Made by a program: the position numbers and the translations under genes. This document shows positions 60,372 through 64,000 of a stretch of 64,000 bases of DNA, piece by piece (the first letter of the stretch is position 1; each line of letters opens with the position of its first letter). The notes beneath the pieces were generated by a model. It made no database searches, was not told where the DNA came from, and saw only the letters and a list, made by a program, of their open reading frames with translations. This DNA comes from an uncultured Alphaproteobacteria bacterium. Lineage in GTDB: Bacteria; Pseudomonadota; Alphaproteobacteria; Acetobacterales; Acetobacteraceae. The stretch lies in contig CAWGJC010000013.1 of NCBI GenBank assembly GCA_963822815.1, positions 29,924-93,923 of the forward strand. The letters run 5' to 3'.

Positions 60372-61490
60372 ATGATGTTGGACGGCCACGGCGTTTCGCA
60401 CCAGCTACGCAGTCGCGCGCGGGTGCTCGTCGTCGAGGACGACGATTTGCAGCGGGAAGTGCTCGGCTCGGCGCTGCGCCGGTCCGGCTACGAAACCGAG
60501 ATCGTTACCGACGGCATGACCGCGATCCAGCGGCTCCGCGCCGGCGGCTTCGACCTCGCGCTGATCGACTATCGCATCCCCGAGATCGACGGCGTCAATG
60601 TCGCTCGCCTCGCCCGCGACCTCGCCGGATCGGGACATCGCCCGCAACTCGTGGCGCTCACCGCCTCGCCCGATGGCGTGCGCTCGAAGGAGCGCAGCGG
60701 CGCGGTGTTCGATGCGGTCGTGGTCAAAGGGCCCGACATCGCCGACCTCCTGCAGGTGGTCGAGACGCAGATCGAGCAGTCCCGGCTGCGCAGCGTGCCG
60801 ACGCCGGCCGCGCATGCGCCGACGCGCCTGTCGTTCGCCGCGTTCGCCGTGGCGGTAACGCTCTGCGTCGGCCTCGTCGCGGCCGCGTTTGCCTTCCGCA
60901 CGGCGGAGACGACGATCGCGGCGCTGGGTTCGGCGGGGGAGAATCTCGCGCAATCCGATGATGCGCGGCACAGCGCCTCGCTGGTCGAGACCGCGCTGCG
61001 CGACGCCGAGTTCGCGCAGAGCCGCTACCTGCTGTCGGGCGCGCAACCGGATCACGACCGCTTCCTCGCCGCGGCGATGGGGGTCGATCAGGTGTTCGCC
61101 TCGCGCCTGATGGCCTCGCTCGATCCGGCGTCCGGCGGCGGTCTCGGCGGTGTCGAGCCGATCGTGGAGGCGCGCCTCGGCGATCTCTCGCAGGCGGCGA
61201 CGCTGCGCGGGACGGACGGGCTGGCCGCCGCGCTCGGGCTCTTGGAGCCGGAGGGGGCGAAGCGTGCGGCCGACCGCGTGACCGCCTGGGCGGAGCGCAC
61301 GGCGCAGCCAGCCCAGGCGCTTGCCGCGCGTGCGGTCGAGGAATCGCGGCACGGGATCGAGCGCGAGGTGCGCGTCGGCGCCGGCGCGATCGGCTGCCTG
61401 CTGTTCGCCTGCCTGCTCGCCGCCACCCTGCGCCGCCGGCCGCTCCGGCTGCGCACCACCGGCGCACCGAACAACGCGGCGGCGGAATGA
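60372..61490 (+). CDS. Receiver domain fused to TM - CHASE3-like extracytoplasmic domain - TM, no output domain
   Basis: GGTGAGGA 8 nt before ATG 60372. VLVVEDDDLQREVL..LALIDYRIPEIDG..LTAS. TM LSFAAFAVAVTLCVGLVAAAFAF. Helical block with LVETALRDAEFAQSRYLLSG..DHDRFLAA. Second TM VGAGAIGCLLFACLLAATL. Confidence 0.6.
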   Translation: MMLDGHGVSHQLRSRARVLVVEDDDLQREVLGSALRRSGYETEIVTDGMTAIQRLRAGGFDLALIDYRIPEIDGVNVARLARDLAGSGHRPQLVALTASPDGVRSKERSGAVFDAVVVKGPDIADLLQVVETQIEQSRLRSVPTPAAHAPTRLSFAAFAVAVTLCVGLVAAAFAFRTAETTIAALGSAGENLAQSDDARHSASLVETALRDAEFAQSRYLLSGAQPDHDRFLAAAMGVDQVFASRLMASLDPASGGGLGGVEPIVEARLGDLSQAATLRGTDGLAAALGLLEPEGAKRAADRVTAWAERTAQPAQALAARAVEESRHGIEREVRVGAGAIGCLLFACLLAATLRRRPLRLRTTGAPNNAAAE

Positions 61491-62382
61491 GGGGAGACCG
61501 GGCCCACGCGTCGGGCAATGGCCTCCGTCGCTTCCTGCAAGGTCTCGCCGGGAGGCGCGCGGCGGTTGGCGTCGCCAAGCCGGCCTCGCCACGGGTCCTG
61601 CGGCTTCTCGTCGTCGATGACGTGGCGCCGAACCGCGAGATCCTGCGCGCCATGCTGACCGCGCGTGGTCACGTCGCGGATCTGGCGGAAGGCGGAGAAG
61701 CTGCGATCGCCCGCGCGGAATCCGCCGGCTATGACGCGATCCTGATGGATCTGCGCATGCCCGGCATGGACGGGCTCGAAGCGACGCGCCGCATCCGGGC
61801 GCTAGGCGGCCGCAACGCCGCGCTGCCCGTGCTTGCGGTGAGCGCCGACCTTCGCCGCGAGCAGATCGCCGCCTGCCGGCACGCGGGGATGAACGGCCAT
61901 ATCGGCAAGCCCTTCGCGCCGGAAGCGCTGCTCGCCGCGATCGCCGACGCCATCGCCGCGAGCAACGCAGGAAACGCCGGGCCTGCCGGGCAGCCGGACG
62001 GCACGCCGGGCTCGAGCGCGGAACCGGACGGCCCCGCGGCGGCTGAGGTGGTGTTCGACGCCGAGACCTTCGCGCGCACGGCCGGCTTTCTCAGCGCCGA
62101 AGCAGCGGCGTCGCACATGCAGGGCCTCGCGGGAACGCAGCGCGCAGCTTCTGCAGGCCCTGACGTCATCCCTCGTGAGCGGCCCGGGCGATCTCGCCGC
62201 GCTCGCGCACAGGCTGGCCGGCAGCGCCGGCATGTTCGGCTTCCAGCACCTCTCGACCGCCGCACGCGAGTTCGAACGGGGGATCGACGCCTCGGCACGG
62301 AACGCGCGAGGAGCTGGCAGACGAATTGCGCGCTGCCATCGGCGCGGCACTCCCCGAGATGCACCGGCGCAGCGTCGCCTGA
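61487..62382 (+). CDS. Response-regulator receiver fused to HPt phosphotransfer domain
   Basis: ATGA overlap with the preceding stop. LRLLVVDDVAPNREIL..ILMDLRMPGMDGLEA..GKPF. C-terminal LAHRLAGSAGMFGF (HPt His, ORF 62175..). Frame changes near 62140 and 62310. Stop at 62380..62382. Confidence 0.75.
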
Positions 62383-62550
62383 AGCGATGGCGGCCGGCCG
62401 GAATCGCGCCGCGGCGTCGCTCAACGCAAGCGACCGACGTTCCGGCGAAATCCGGACCGGAAGATCACGTACGGTGGCATCCGCATCGACCGTCATCCCG
62501 ATGGCATCTACACCGCGACATCGCGAGAGTCAGACGCGGGAGGAAAGTCG

Positions 62551-63480
62551 ATGGGTTCGGTGCCCTGCTATTGCCTCGGGACGATGATCCTGACGCCGTC
62601 CGGTGAGATGCCGGTCGAGACCCTGCGGATCGGCGACCAGGTGACGACGCGCTCGGGCGTCGCGCGGCCGATCAGGTGGATCGGACGCCGTGCCTATGAC
62701 GGTCGGCTCATCGTCGGCAATCGCGACATCCTGCCCATCCGCATTGCGGCCGGGGCACTCGCCGACAACACGCCGCATCGCGCGCTGCGGGTCTCGCCGC
62801 ATCATGCGATCTTCATCGACGGCGTGCTGATCCCCGCCGAGCAGCTGGTGAACGGCGTGTCGGTGGTGCAGGAGGAGAGCGTCGAGAGCGTCGCCTATTT
62901 CCACATCGAGCTCGGCAGCCACGACGTGCTGATCGCGGAGGGCGCGCCGGCCGAGAGCTTCATTGACCAGAACAGCCGCAGCATCTTCCACAACGCCGCG
63001 GATTTCGCGTCCCGGTATCCGGATGCCGAACCGGCGACCGCATTGTGCGCGCCGCGGGTCGAGGGCGGCGAGATGCTGCGTCGCATCTGGCGCCGGATCG
63101 CCGACCGCGCGGGAGTCGCCGCCAGGCGGGACGCCGTGCGCGGGCGGCTCGAGGCCGTCGAGCGGGGGAGCGTGTCCGGTTGGGCGCGCGGCGAGGACGA
63201 CGCGCCGGTCTGGATCGCGGTGAGCGTGGACGGCATGCCGGTCGCGCGCGGGCTCGCGAACCGTTGCCGGGCGGATCTCGCGGCGGCCGGGATCGGCCAG
63301 GGATGGCATGCCTTCAGCATCCCGCTGCCGCGTCCGCTCGATCCCGCGAAGCAGCACCGCATTTCCGTCCGCTGCGAGGCGGACGGCGCGGAACTGCCGG
63401 AATCGCCGCGGCTCGTTCCGGCCGCGACCATCGCGCGTCGCCCGTTTCCCGCTGACGGAGCGCGCGGCTTGACGGCCTGA
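62551..63480 (+). CDS. Stand-alone Hint-domain protein (paralog of the C-terminal cassette of 51815..54657)
   Basis: GGGAGGAAAG 5 nt before ATG 62551. MGSVPCYCLGTMILTPSGE..IGDQVTT..PIRWIG..VSPHHAIFIDGVLIPAEQLVNG..GQGWHAFSIPLP. Uninterrupted 309 aa. Confidence 0.85.
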   Translation: MGSVPCYCLGTMILTPSGEMPVETLRIGDQVTTRSGVARPIRWIGRRAYDGRLIVGNRDILPIRIAAGALADNTPHRALRVSPHHAIFIDGVLIPAEQLVNGVSVVQEESVESVAYFHIELGSHDVLIAEGAPAESFIDQNSRSIFHNAADFASRYPDAEPATALCAPRVEGGEMLRRIWRRIADRAGVAARRDAVRGRLEAVERGSVSGWARGEDDAPVWIAVSVDGMPVARGLANRCRADLAAAGIGQGWHAFSIPLPRPLDPAKQHRISVRCEADGAELPESPRLVPAATIARRPFPADGARGLTA

Positions 63481-63615
63481 CCGCGACCGCGCGGACGCGA
63501 TCCGTCCCCGCCTCGTCCTCCGGCCGGCATTCGTCGGGCCCACATTGCTGCGATCCGTCGTCGATCACAGAATGGACGCCGCGGAGGGTTCCGCACCGCA
63601 ACGGAGGAACGTCAG

Positions 63616-64000
63616 ATGCGCGGCGTCGTGTTCGCCGGCGACCGTGAGCTCGCGCTCATGGAATTTCCCGACCCCACGCCCGGCCCCGGCGAGGTGGTGA
63701 TCGAGATGAAGGCATCGGGCATGTGCGGCTCCGACCTGCATCAGTACCGCCGGCCGCGCCACGGCGGCGGCGGCATCGGGCTCGCCGTCAATCCCGATCC
63801 GACCATCGCCGGCCATGAGCCCTGCGGGATCGTCGCCGCGATCGGCCCCGGCGTGTCCGAACGCGAGGCGCGGATCGGCGCGCGCGTGATGGTGCATCAC
63901 TACCAGGGCTGCACCCAATGCATCCACTGCCGTTCCGGCTGGCAGCAGCTCTGCCAGGAGGTGCCGGTCAAGGTGTACGGCAACAACGCCCATGGCGGTC
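63616..64000 (+). CDS. Zinc-dependent alcohol dehydrogenase family protein (5-prime part, runs off window)
   Basis: GGAGGA 6 nt before ATG 63616. MRGVVFAGDRELALMEFPDPTPGPGEVVIEMKASGMCGSDLH, GHEPCG, CTQCIHCRSGWQQLC. Confidence 0.85.
   Translation, partial: MRGVVFAGDRELALMEFPDPTPGPGEVVIEMKASGMCGSDLHQYRRPRHGGGGIGLAVNPDPTIAGHEPCGIVAAIGPGVSEREARIGARVMVHHYQGCTQCIHCRSGWQQLCQEVPVKVYGNNAHGG

Noticed and set aside
1-64000. tRNA, rRNA, CRISPR arrays, transposases, integrases, prophage or canonical defence genes
   Set aside because: I looked for T-loop-like GGTTCGA motifs, regularly spaced short direct repeats, and DDE, tyrosine-recombinase, restriction or Cas-like ORFs, and found none. A proper tRNAscan, CRISPR or HMM scan would still be needed to be certain.

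Overview
Very GC-rich chromosomal segment (by eye about two-thirds to 70 percent G+C, not computed). Gene content and synteny look like an alphaproteobacterium of the Rhodospirillales/Acetobacteraceae type. This is inferred from cvpA-purF, fabD-fabG divergent from rpsF-rpsR-rplI, aroQ-accB-accC, and a short-HprK/RapZ/EIIA-Man/HPr/EI cluster. I recognise about 60 protein genes. I found no tRNA, rRNA, CRISPR array, transposase, integrase or phage gene. Most of the window is tightly packed housekeeping and metabolism, with many 1-4 nt stop/start overlaps and convergent genes 3-10 nt apart.

Key caveat: the sequence as written has roughly 55-60 reading-frame breaks, and nearly all that I could resolve are single extra bases. 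They hit essential genes (fabD, fabG, accC, rplI, purF, ptsI, radA), so I read them as assembly or sequencing indels rather than pseudogenes. Many genes had to be stitched from two or more ORF-track entries, and coordinates are given for the stitched gene.

Three regions look accessory:
- 1.4-6.0 kb: a giant exoprotein built from four tandem units of about 257 aa.
- 37.9-43.6 kb: a MarR regulator, two tandemly duplicated GloVer-repeat secreted proteins whose 80-nt promoter leader is almost identical while the coding parts have diverged, and an 869-aa Gly/Ala/Thr-rich protein.
- 49.9-63.5 kb: an unknown 395-aa protein, a large passenger-Hint exoprotein, RidA, YoaK, a B12-binding radical SAM enzyme, a 115-bp near-perfect palindrome, a three-gene phosphorelay with an unusual REC-TM-CHASE3-TM protein, and a stand-alone Hint cassette. 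The two Hint cassettes are direct repeats bracketing about 7.9 kb.

Several families of palindromic intergenic repeats are also present. I cannot assign a canonical defence, toxin-antitoxin or biosynthetic system. The best candidates for undescribed biology are the Hint-bracketed module and the MarR/GloVer/Gly-rich island, and both readings are hypotheses.
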